Below are positions 16,880 to 28,884 of a DNA stretch of 64,000 nucleotides, in pieces. The DNA is from Dicyema japonicum (Eukaryota > Animalia > Dicyemida), in contig RDEW01000005.1 in assembly GCA_011109175.1 (NCBI GenBank), positions 1,298,657-1,362,656 of the forward strand, in the 5' to 3' direction. Made by a program: the position numbers and the translations under genes. Each line of letters begins with the position of its first letter. Positions within the stretch are counted from its first letter, which is position 1. The notes beneath the pieces are model-generated. The model had not been told where the DNA came from and did not search any database. It worked only from the letters and a program-made list of their open reading frames with translations.

Positions 16880-17975
16880 CCTGGCAACCTGTATTTAAAT
16901 GGAAAGAAAATTTTATGAGCAAACTCTCCTACGATCTAATTGGAAGCAACGTTACTGCAAAATATCAAATCTCACAAGTTCGCAACATGGAACTTAAGAG
17001 GCTTAAGCGAAGGGAAACTAGAAGTCATAAAAAGAGAAATGAGAAGGCTTGATATTGATACCTGCTTGGACTAAGCGAACTTCACTGAATCGACAGTGGT
17101 TTTTTTCATTCTGATGATTTTGTAATATATTATTCTGGTAACATTAATGGGAAAAGAAATGGAGTGGCCTTCATGCCTTCAAATAAAATTGCACGTGCTA
17201 TTGAAAGTCATAGAATATTTAATGATCGGATAATACTAATCCACGTCCGTGGACAACCATTATTACGGTCATGCAAGTGTATGCCCCAACATCTATTGCC
17301 AAGGATGACGAAATTGACCAATTTTATTATGAATTTCAAGAGGCACTAAAACTAATACTCAAAAAGGACATAATCTACATAATGGGGGATTTCAATTCAA
17401 AAGTTGGGTGCCACATACGGATATTGTGGGAAGTTTTGGTTTGGGGAAAAGAAATGATGCTGGGGATCGACTGGTCCAATTCTGTCAGGAAAATGGATTT
17501 CAGATAACTAACACATGGTTCAAACAGCACAAACGACGATTGTACACTTGGACGTCGCCTAATGGAATGTCTAAGAACCAGATTGATTATATTTTGTGCG
17601 CCAAACGTTGGAAAAGCTCTATAACAGCCGTCAAAACATATCCAGGGGCAGACTGTGGAACAGACCATCAGCTACTTGTTGCAAAAATTAGGACGAAATT
17701 CAGTAACACTTGGAATACCCACCGAGTAAAGAAATTCGATGTCTCAAACATACCACCAGAATACGCAATGGAAGTTAAGCACAATATTGGATTACTGGAT
17801 TTGAACGGATGGATGCCTGATGAATTATGGAATGATATGCAGTTGGTTATCAGGAACGTTGCAATAAAACATGTCAAATACAAAACGCCGGCCAAGTGCT
17901 CTGAGTGGCTCTCTGTCAACACCCTAAACATTGCTGAGGCTCGTAAAGCTGCTAAAGTCTCTGGGAATATAGAAG
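16880..17975 (+). mobile_element. RTE (BovB-like) LINE 5' part, APE domain
   Basis: FATWNLRGL, QVYAPT, IMGDFNSKVG, YTWTSPNG, NQIDYIL and GADCGTDHQLL motifs. Confidence 0.9.
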
Positions 17976-17989
17976 TTACTCCCAGTATC

Positions 17990-18240
17990 TTCTGCGATTT
18001 CTTTTGTGGTATAGGTACTCCATTTAACATCAATTGTTTGCGTTCCCATCTTTCTATTCTTAGTAAATAGAGTGACTGCTGGCTTTTCGGAACATGCATT
18101 TAATAGATTTTCGCACAACCATCCAAATATGTTATTTAGTATTCCTTGTAGTCTTTCTTTAGCATGTTCGACATTTACGTCTGCGACAACTATGTCATCG
18201 GCATAAGAAAGTAGCATGTCATTATTATTCATAGGTTAGA
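17990..18240 (-). mobile_element. Ingi/Vingi-like RT fragment
   Basis: LLSYADDIVVA...ILGVT motifs. Confidence 0.75.
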
Positions 18241-18249
18241 ATTTGGAAA

Positions 18250-18725
18250 AGCAAAGATATTTGCTTAAGGACCAAATGCAGACTGGTTAATGCAATCGTG
18301 TTCCCAATTTCTATACGGCGCAGAATCATGGATACTGAAAAAGGTGGATAGACGAAAAATTGATGCTTTTGAACTTTGGTGCTGAAGGAGCTTACTAAGA
18401 ATCCCCTGGACTTCCAAAATAACAAACACCGATGTACTCAAACGGATGGAGACGGACATTTCGCTAGAAGGAAGAATCGTAAAACACAGATTGGCGTTCT
18501 TTGGGCATGTTGTCCGTTCTGATTCCCTGGAAAGAACCATTATGCTGAGCAATATTACTGGGAAGAGAAGACCTGGTCGACCGAGGACTCGGTGGCTATC
18601 CACGGTAGAAGACGTCACGGGAATGCCTATATCAAGGCTGTTCCAATTTGAGACGGATCGAGGAGAGTAAAGAAATTGGATCATGAGATCTCCAAGGGTC
18701 GGACACGACTTAATTGGATAACATA
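18250..18725 (+). mobile_element. RTE LINE 3' end
   Basis: IDAFELWC*R, LAFFGHVVRSDSLERTIM and GKRRPGRPRTRW motifs. Confidence 0.85.
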
Positions 18726-18749
18726 ACATATTACTTTTATTCTTATGTC

Positions 18750-19900
18750 AAAAAAACATTCAATTAATTCGATCCCGATGCATTCGAACAGAGACCTCAT
18801 CTTTGCCGGGTGTTCTTCTTTCATGCCCGCGCATGAACGTACAGGACGGCTGCCTGAATTTTCCGGGTCACCTTCCCGTGATCTGGAGTCTAGTCTCATA
18901 AGGGCTTCCAGAGGCGTAGGTTCTGTGATCTTTACAATTCCAACGCTCCGTTACTTTGTAAGCCCTCTTTTGCATTTCTTCAATTTTCCTCTTATTTGTT
19001 CGATCATATGGACTGTCCCCACGAGGGGCTTGCATATGAGAAACATGGCTCGATGTACTTCTTGTACACGTTCATCAAGACTGGATGAGTACCACTCTTC
19101 CATATTCCCGATAAACTTTTCAATATGTTCAGTTTCTTCTCGCATTTCAATAGAATGTTTTCTTCGTGAGGTGTTGAACAAGATGCATATCAATTGTCAC
19201 ACCCAAGATCCTTTGACATCTGTTGAAAGGGATGCCGACCTTGTTTAACTTCAAAATGACTGTCCGCCTTCCCAATCTTTTGTCAGAGGTAAATAGTGAC
19301 GTATACGACTTCTGCATTCACCATGAGCCGGTTTTCCACTATCCAGGCATTAAGCCTGTCCAAGTTAAATTGTATTCTTTTTCTGGCCTTCTGGATGTCC
19401 TGATCTTGCGAAGCCAACACTATATCATCCGCATAGGAAAGTAGAACATCATTATCATATTCAAGAGTTGGGAGATCGGCCAGAAAGTGGTTAAACAGAG
19501 CAAAGGATAAAGGAGGTCATTGAGGCACTCTGTTGGGGAAGAAACGTGAGATTGATTTCAGACCTCTGAGGCAAACACGTCCCCTTCGTCCACTTAGGAA
19601 GTTAGTGATTCAAAGCTTTACCTTCTTTGGGATCTCCGATTGAAATATTTTTCTCAATATAATTTTCCTCGAGACTGAGTCAAAAGCTTTATGTATGTCA
19701 ATCGAGCAGAGCACTGTTTTAAAGTGTCTCGGCTTAGTTGTGAATCCGACTTGAATGAAGTCTGTTAATGTATGCAAGTATGTAGACGTGGATCTCTCAT
19801 TTTTGAATTCATGTTGAAAAAGCCTCTCTGGTAAAAATTCTTTTATTCTCCCGAGCACAAATCTCTCCAGGATTTTTGACATGGATCATATTAGTGACAC
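18750..19900 (-). mobile_element. Ingi/Vingi-like LINE RT region, decayed
   Basis: SKILERFVL, IDIHKAFDSVSR, LLSYADDIVLA and RILGVTID motifs. Confidence 0.8.
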
Positions 19901-19997
19901 CGATCTAAAAGACGCTGGGTCATCAGTCGGTCTTCCTGGTTTTAGTATTGGCCGTATTATTGCCTGTATAATGTCATATAGTTTTGAATGTTAGCGT

Positions 19998-20420
19998 GGT
20001 GTCATGTGGCTCACCAGAAACGGTGTCACCCATTCCAAAATGGAACGAAAAGAGCCAACAGTTTCTCCTCACCATCCAGTGGTCCTCTCATCTCCTGTGT
20101 TTTCGACCCTGTCTGGTGTCCCATTTATCCAGACTTTTGATTCTTCTATGTGGGGACGTCGAAACCAATCCTGGTCCATGGAGAGGTTTTACAATTATAC
20201 AACTGAATACGAATGGGATCAGGAAGAAAATCTTTGAACTCCGGGCACTCCTCCGCGAAAATGAGGCTGACCTCGCTTTAATACAGGAGTCCAAGCTATC
20301 TCCCTCCATACCAACACCCTCTTCTGTACAATTCTGGATCATGGAGTGTCAAGAAGTCACACTGGGAAGTAATAAACTCCTATCGCGGAAATCAGCTACA
20401 CTCGCTAATGAAAATTTGGA
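19998..20420 (+). mobile_element. 5' end of an Ingi/Vingi-like LINE: pseudoknot, 2A peptide, start of APE
   Basis: Pseudoknot 19998-20057. LLILLCGDVETNPGP ends at 20178. IQLNTNGI...LALIQESKL follows. Confidence 0.8.
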
Positions 20421-20899
20421 TTCCAAAAAAGCTTTGTAACAAGGAGCTGTACAGAATATGCAATTCACAGTCGATAGAATTAACGGTCAAAAAGGAGAGG
20501 TGGAAGTTATTTTGACATATCCTAACAATGATGTAGAAGCTTATTTCCAGAACAGTTGAGGATACACGGACGTCATCGTTATTATCTCCATATTGCAATT
20601 CACGTGACAGTAAAGAAGAAACTCGAAAATGCAGAAGATATCCTTTGAAGAATCGCCTTCTCAAAGAGAGAAACGTGGAAGATTGTCCACATTGCAAAAT
20701 AATATGGTGATTAAGTAAGAGTTGGATAACACGATATGAGTATCTTTATATTAAAAACGCTAAAGTCATTTGTCTCTAATAAAGCTAAGAACGTATTAGT
20801 GGAGGGAAGATCAGTTCCAATATATTCTTAACTGTGTATGGATTGTTTTTTGCTAAATGGAGTCTGAACCTAAAAAGTAAACTGAGATAAATCATATGA

Positions 20900-21240
20900 G
20901 CCGACAAGTTCTGAGGGAATCTTCTCAAAGCGAAGTCGTGGTCTTCATTAGTGAGAGGTTATCGCTGCGTATGAGTGGAAGCAAAGACAGGAAAAGATGT
21001 ATATCCTCAAGAACGTCTCCAGTTTTGAGTTGACCGCCAATTCGTGCGTAATCGTACATCTTGGCCTACCCCGAAATCCAATTCCGTGATTTGAATGCAA
21101 GGAATCACTTTGTCCATTCTCAGAACATGTCCAATAAGTCGCCATCGTGAGGTTATTACTTCTCTGCTTCATTTACATAATTTGTAGAGTGTCGTATTTG
21201 ATAATCTGTACCAACCATTGTATTTGACAAAAGTTACGTG
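20900..21240 (-). mobile_element. RTE LINE 3' remnant
   Basis: GFRGRPRCTIT plus a 3' UTR similar to 27270-27450. Confidence 0.6.
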
Positions 21241-21476
21241 AAACGTTGTCTTGCATTTATTGTTATCTCTAATAACAAGATGAGAGATGACTAACCAAAA
21301 TGTAACTTAACTAAACTGTGAGATCTCAAGGTAGGTGAACACCACTAAGAATCCATTCGAGAAACCGAGTGTTCCACCAGTTAATCCAAATTTCTATCAC
21401 GAGATGCCGTGTCAATTATATAAGGAGAATACTCAATTTAAATCAAATTCAAAAAACAAAAGAACCGTCAAAAGAA

Positions 21477-23418
21477 TTAGCGCCTGTTATCCCTAGTGCG
21501 TTGACGAGGTGCTGCATGAATTACATGGTCAACACGAAGTATCATTTCAGCAGTCTCCACGGCAGAACAGAGAGCGCACAACTTAACAGCTAGGGATTCG
21601 AATACTCCCAACTGTGACATATCTCCAACACACCCATTTTCCATGTCTTTATTAATAAAACCCAATCATACCAAGCCCATACGTACTCCAGCCTTCTCTA
21701 TGGAGGGCCCTCAAATTGTGAGTCAACTCCATACTGTCATATCCACCATTGTCAGCAATGACTGAAGGAATCTAAACTTTATAACAAATAATTACAAATT
21801 TAAGCGCATTTGCAAAGGACTCAATGGCGACAGACTCCTTTCCATTAGTTCTACTAGCATAATCACTGACTGCATTAGACATAATAGTTTCAGCACAGCC
21901 TAATTGTTAAACAGTCATAAACCTCCTCCATACACGACCTTCGTGTCTTTAACAGTTCTGGCAAGCACACATAAAGCGTCGTGCATTGATCGGTCGGCCT
22001 CATCTATTATTTGAGTAGTTGCCCCTCTAATCACAATCGTACAAGCCTCTCCCCTTGAAAGACCTAAAGTACAAAAAAACGTTAAAACCAGAAAATCTAA
22101 GCATTCTGTCCTCTCCTACCATAATTTCTTCAATCAACTTGCATCTCCCGAGCTTAACCAACTGGGGATTGTCAAAAGTGGACACAATTTCAGCTCCAGT
22201 AGCAAGGGCCAATCGTTCTACTCCCTCAAAATCAGCATGTTCTATGGCCATAACTCCAGCATCTGCAAAAAGCTGCTCAGGATAGTTATAAATCAGTTGT
22301 CTTTCACATCAAAACATAAAAATACCGGTTTATAAAGACCTTGGCTCCATGATTCAGAATCTTCTCAACCTTATCCTTCATTTTCTGCTTCTCAGCGACC
22401 TCCAATTCAGCCACCTTCGCTATAGAGTCGACTTTAATTCTCGAACCGAACACCTGACTCAGTTAATAACAAAAACTTTTATTTTATCAGTGTCCATTGG
22501 AGTATTGGCTATCAGAATTGTAGCGTCTTCCACTCTCTTTGGTTGACTCACTCCAATCTTCTTGTCAAGGATAAACCCTGTAATCAAAAGGGAAACAAAC
22601 CTTCGTCTAAAAACGAGTCCTTAAGAGTTCCGCCGACCCTCTTTATCATATGAATTGATTCTAGACTACCTTCCTCCTTACAAATAACAACAATTTATAC
22701 CTTTATTCGAAGAATAGCCTTCACAGCCAATTCAGCAAAATATTGTTTGTGGAAACTCAGTACTTTGCTACTGAGAGTAGTCATTGCTATGTTCAACAGA
22801 TCCTTCTGGAACTCTTTGGGATCCTTGCTGGAAATCACCGAAATTTCTCACCTATTATCGAAGGAACTCTCTATGAGGACTTTTTTGGCCACTTGCAAAG
22901 CTTTTCTCCATCCAGAAATAATTGTCTGGGGGAATTCTCTTGTTGATCAAACATTCAGCTTCCTATTCTAGTTAAAATGATATTACTCTTAAAAGCTCGG
23001 AGGCTATGAGTACAACAGAGGTTGTTCCATCCCCCATTTCACTGTCTTGCTTCTGGGACATGTCTTTAATAACAATTTAAGCCAAGCCTATAAGAATCTT
23101 AGCAACTGGATTGTCGACTCCAATTGACTTGAGTATAGTAGCTCCGTCATTTGTGATTTGAATAGTATCCTTCATGTTTGGGGGTTGCAGAATTTTATCC
23201 TGCTTAATTAGGAATGATTGCGAACCATTCCCTTGGGGCCCAATGTGGACTGAATTAGCTCGGAAATCACAATGGCTCCCACGAAGGTTGACTACATTGT
23301 TATGGAATGTATACAAGTCTGGCAGTCTCTGACTTTCTTCATTAGCACCCGGTTTTAAAATCCCAACTGGAAATAAAGAAGCCTCTCCCTAATTATAACT
23401 CATCAAACAAACAACCAT
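21477..23418 (-). CDS. CCT2: T-complex protein 1 subunit beta (CCT2)
   Basis: [64 protein letters not shown] and VYGGGCAE. 14 micro-introns of 23-27 nt, one of them GC-AG. Two apparent small deletions near 23335 and 22930. Confidence 0.97.
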
Positions 23419-23509
23419 CACACGTTTTTAATTCTTATAGAAATTAAAAAGTTATTAGCAAAAAATATTAATTTATTTATTTTAATTAAATTTAACATCT
23501 AAAATTCCA

Positions 23510-24320
23510 ACGCAAAAAAACTCTCCTGCCAAAGAACTTGATGGAATCTGCAATCTCCATTTAAAGCACCTGGGAATGGATGGACTTAAGCAATCACAAT
23601 ATCACTTCTGTCACCACGGCAGAAGTCCACTGAATGTTGTGTCAACCATTCCTTCAACCAAAGCAAAGAAACCCTAACCATCACATATAAACAATTCATT
23701 CGAACCATAATTAACTGTGCAAGCTGTAGTTTTTCTCCCAAGCCTACAGACCACTCTCTATGCAAATCCCTAAACAAAAGAAAATTTATTATGACAACCA
23801 CCAGATTGCCATCATTCATCCCTTCCAGCCCCAATGACCTGGGTCGTCTGAAACAGATACGCGATACTGTTTCTACGAGAACCACCCGAAAGCTCGATGA
23901 TAATAAAATGCTACACAGGCTCCCTCCTCTAATAGTCCAATCTGAATCCCTTCTTCCGAAGGATATCCGGGTAAACTGGCTCGTCTACGATGTGAGCACC
24001 ACACCTCTCTACTGACGTACGTATGTAAACTGGATGATATAAAGATGTCCTCTGTTCCTTTAGTAACCTCTCCGACTTGACAACAAATCACTTTTTTGAA
24101 TGTCCTGAATTAGCACAATGTTCGTCTACAATGGGAGTGGCCGGTAATTGCTACGTCTAGTGAGGCCAGGGTTACTAACTTATTAATTTGGATGTCATGT
24201 CATCTCACTACTCTGTCGAAGATTTCTTTTTTTTATTCTTTCTCTTCACTTGTTATACTAGAGCAAGGCTACCCAAAGTGGGTGATATGAAATTTCAGGT
24301 GGGTGTTTACTAACAAATCA
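23510..24320 (+). mobile_element. Internally deleted Ingi/Vingi-like LINE (RT fragments and 3' end)
   Basis: DGICNLHLKHLG and a C-terminal TTNHFFECP knuckle, in mosaic pieces. Confidence 0.6.
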
Positions 24321-24559
24321 TTAAGTGGGCGATACAAAATTATTTATATTAATAATTGAACCAAGACAATACATGTATGCAATGTCGATTTCCGGCTTTT
24401 CATTTCTGAACCTATCCACAGTGTAGGAAGCTTCGATAAAGATCTTTGGACCAGAACACAAGATCCAACCTATTAAAATTTTAATTTAATTACAACGAAA
24501 AATCTTTGAGGCGGTCTACTGAGCTGCCCCTGTTTCATATACTATCGAAATATCTACAA

Positions 24560-27260
24560 ACATATAAAAAGTTTGAGCCGATTCCATGTACAGGACTCTC
24601 GACCCCTCCGGATTCGTTCTCTCCCTTGTCACTTATTCAACTCAATGCTAACGGAATAAAAACAAAGATTCTGGAGTTACGATGTTTATCTGACCTTACA
24701 TCCAGGAGTCAAAACTTTCTACAAAGATTTACACACTTTTTCCTGGATACATCTCTATCAGAAAATTGGACGTGGTGGCGGCTTACTCACCATTATTAAA
24801 AACGATTTATCCTTCCACGATGTGAGCTCGCAAGTGGATAATTTAATTCTACACGACAAGACCGGGGAACAAATTTCTATCGATCTTATTAATGGGTCTT
24901 ATTCTAATCAACATTTACATTCCACCGCCGGGATCATGTCCTAATAACTATATTCCGAAGCTCGACAAACTACAAGAAATTCGAAATGTGTTACTATGTG
25001 GGGATTTCAACGCCAAACATCCGCAATGGCTTAGTACCCAGTCGGCAGACAAAAAGGGGAGTCTAATTATCGACTCTCTTGAAAAATGGTGATTCTGAAT
25101 AACCCGAATATTTCACAAGAACACCTATCCGAAGAAATGACAACCCAACCTCCCCCGACATATCCATTGCTTTCTCTAGGATTGCCCCGAAGATTTCATG
25201 GAACGTCTCCTACGATTTTCATAGTGATCATAATCCGATTATAATAAAACTGAGCCGATTCAATAACTCACGTAGAATTAAAGCAACCTTCAAGGTCTAC
25301 AAGAAAGCTGACTGGTCGAATTTCAAGCTCTTCATTGACCATAACCTAATACATTTTGATCCCACCTCATTTTGCTCCATTGACAGAGCAGTGGACCATC
25401 TAAGCCATGTAATCCTTCAAGCTGAAAAGTTGTTTGTACCACGTGCAGTTTATAAATCCTACAAGCCTACTCGGAGACTCGTCTCCTCGTCAAACAAAGA
25501 AACTCCCTGAAGATGAATCATCTGCAAACCTCTTCTAATTTGCAAAATATAAAATGCTTAAATCAGAGAGTTACAAAGCTCATCAGAGAAAAGAAAGATA
25601 GGGCGTGGAAGCGCCAATTATCATCTATTGGACATATGAAATCCACGAGTCTTTTATGGAAAACTATTCGTCGAATCAAGCTAAACTTATCAGATAAATC
25701 AGAATCTTTTTCTGCTCCAAATACTGTGCAAACTAACAACCTAATGAAATATTACGCATCCATAAGTCACAAGGACTTCATGAAATCCATTTTTGTCTCC
25801 TTAGGAATTAAATACCTAAACCAACTTCGTGGATCAATTTATTTACTCATGCCGAGGTCACACAAGCTATAAGATCGATGAAGAGATCTTACGTGTGGTC
25901 TTGACGGCATTCCGGGAATTTTGCTAAAACACCTTGGTAATGTTGCAATCAATTCGATTAAGTCAATTTTTAATTTGTCTTCGAGCATAAACGTCATCCC
26001 ATGCAAATGGAAAACTTACTTATAATATAATCCTTAAACCAGGAAAACCGAAAACCTTACCTTCTTTCTACCGTCCAATTTCATTAACGAGCGTATTATC
26101 GCGCATAATGGAGAAACTCGTACTCTGAAAAATTAAACCCCATTTGCCCGACTGCCACTTTCAACATGGTTTCAAATGTGAGCGTTCAACTACGACACAT
26201 TTGACTTCACTGTCTCAATTTATATCAGATATGGGTTCAACGTACCGAAACCCCATTTACGGACAATAGTGGTTTTCCTGGATATCCAGAAGGCTTTCTA
26301 TTCTGTCTCGAGAACATTACTCACGAAAAATTTTTGGTACCACCATTCAGCCGGCTTTGAAAAGATGGATAGCCAATTTTCTCTCAGGAAGAAAAGGACG
26401 TGTCTGTATAAACCACAAGATAGAGGTCTCATCTCCTACCAATTGGCGTCCCTCAAGAATCGCCCATCTCTCCGGCGTTATTCAACTTATTTCTCAACTA
26501 TTTACCCTGCCCTGGATGACCAGAATAAATGCTTCTCACTTTGCTGACGACTTAATCATCGCTTGCAGGACCAAATAAGTAAGTACAGCAAAATCAGAGC
26601 TTCAGTCACATATTATCGACCTGGGAGCCTGGTCGAAATTGAATCGTCTCTCCGTATCCAGGAATAAATCAACATATACAATCTTCACCACGGACAGAAA
26701 AGAAAAACATACACTGGATTTGAACATTTATGGAGACTCCTTACATACAGATTTCCAACTATCCTGGGTGACATTTGACCCTTTGATGACATTTTCTCAA
26801 TATGTGAAGAACGTTATGACAAAGGGTCTCAGGAAACTAAATATAATCAAACCGCTCTTAAGTCCAGGCCGTCACGGAATGCGCTGTCATCTTGTTCAAT
26901 CAACTCCTAAAACCGACGATTGAGTATGCTTGTGCCTCATGGGCCTATGGAGCTTCGATATCAAATTCATTCAAGATCAATTCCCTAACAGCAAACTGGT
27001 ACGTCTAACAAATCTACCCCCATTTTCCCCCCAATGCTTGACCACGCCGCAATCAAAAATAATGGTCCGACTTCATCGGTCTGTGTGGCCAAGAAACAAG
27101 TCGCTTCTTCCATTCAAGGCTGGAGGCCTCAAATACACGAAATTTGGGGAAAAACCCACCCCTCTTCAAACTCTAATGAAAGATGATCGTCGTCTATTCA
27201 GGAAAGTCATGGGTACTCTGGAGGAACATAGGAAAAACCTCTCGATCCTGTTGAGGCGTC
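24560..27260 (+). mobile_element. Near full-length decayed Ingi/Vingi-like LINE (APE-RT)
   Basis: IQLNANGIK, LCGDFNAKHPQW, SDHNPI, YRPISLTSVLSRIMEK, VFLDIQKAF and HFADDL motifs, with many frameshifts. Confidence 0.85.
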
Positions 27261-27264
27261 CGGG

Positions 27265-27830
27265 ATTACTTAATTAGTTGGTTTACTTTTTCTTTCTTGG
27301 TGTTCCCTTTTCGGGTTATTAAATAAATAATAAATAAACCTCGACCATGATCCTCTGTTGCGCGCTAGTTTTCCTAGGTAGTCCAGATCGTCCGCCGAAG
27401 TAAGTCTCATACCTCCGATAGGTCTTCGTTCAAGATAGTCGGAAGTGTCGTTCTTGGTCTTCCGCAAAATCCGGCTCCTGTGTATGCAAAGTAGTTGACC
27501 ATTGCGAAATTTGAGGGGACCTGGTCACGTCTTGATTGAAAATGACAGCATGCCGTATTTGCATTTATTATAAAAGTTTGCATCAGAGACCAGTTAATCT
27601 TGATTACCGATTTGAGCTGAGTTCTGTGGAAAGAGTCAAGACGGTCCATTTCCCGTTTAGAGATTCCCCAAATTTCAGAGTTGTAAGTTAGTACAGGGAT
27701 AACAAAAGCTTTGTATATTCTAAACCTGGTGTTAAGTTCTATCTTCTTGTGGCTAGGTCGCATACCAGTTGGTGTTTCTTGTGAGATTGTTTAAGTCCTC
27801 TGCAATTGAAAGTTCTCAGAGTGAACGAAG
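27265..27830 (-). mobile_element. RTE-like LINE 3' end
   Basis: RFRIYKAFVIPVLTYNSEIW and GRPRTTLPTIL motifs. Confidence 0.85.
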
Positions 27831-28319
27831 AAGTCGGTAAAGAATACAAATCTGCGATATCGTTTAGTAAATTAATGTCCTAAGTAACACAGTTTTAAGC
27901 AACCAGAAAATTTTTATTAGCCATCAAAACACTAATTAGGGTTAAAGAAAACCAAAGGCTATGGAACCAGTTTTGAGTTTGAAGTATGACTAAAGGGTCA
28001 TTATAGGCAGTGTATCTTTCTGATGACTCTATTACATCTAAGAGGTGTCATATTTCATTATGATGATTCTTATAGCATTTTCTTATTGAGGATTTTTAAA
28101 TATGCCGAAACTTTTCCAAGATTTACTTTTGTTCAGATCTAAAACCAACCTATTGTCATTTTTGTTCTACTTAGACGACCCATATTAGGCCTTGCATAAT
28201 AAGCTTCCCTGTTGGAACCTTTGTAAGATGATGACTTAGACTGGGTTTCATGACTATTTTTAAGTTTTACATGGCTTGAATAGGAAATAGATATACAATC
28301 CAATTCTTTTCACGTGCAC

Positions 28320-28648
28320 TAACGCTTTCGCATAGTGGTTAGGTGTCGGGCTTAAGTGGCTTAGGCTACGGGTTCGAATCTCGCTGCTGTTCACCTGGTG
28401 GAAGGTTCCACGCATCTACGATGCCTAAAGGGTTTGACGAGTGACGCCGTCATCGGTGGATACTCACTGCGGAACTGGATTGTCTAGAAAGGACCCACAC
28501 ACAAGAAAAAGAAAAAAAAGTGAAGATCATTCCTTGGTTCTACGATTAGTTAAAATTAACTGTTCTTTACTTAAATAAAGTGTGTGTCCTGCCTATGCGG
28601 AGCTATAAATACTATGGCTCTCGTGAAAAGGCTTTATTATTATTATTA
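28320..28648 (+). mobile_element. tRNA-derived SINE with an RTE-type 3' tail
   Basis: A box TAGTGGTTAGG (28333), B box GGTTCGAATC (28371) and a (TTA)n end. Second copy at 39410. Confidence 0.75.
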
Positions 28649-28884
28649 ACGCTTTCGTTTTAAAAACCATTTTTCAGAATACTGCATGTTCAGCTGCTGG
28701 GAAAGCCGAAGCATTGAAGTATCAGATCTATTTTGACCTCCCTAGTAATGAGACATTTCTCTCATAATAAACCTGCGAATATAAAAATCTTGCAGTCAGG
28801 ACCCAAACTCTAATTATTTGTATTGACATTGGTGTAAGGATTATGAAGGAATAAAAAGCAACCTTGAAGTAATAAATTAATAAT

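Noticed and set aside
28333-28390. tRNA gene
   Set aside because: A and B boxes are present but there is no acceptor-stem pairing or cloverleaf. The sequence continues into a repeated body, so it is a SINE head.
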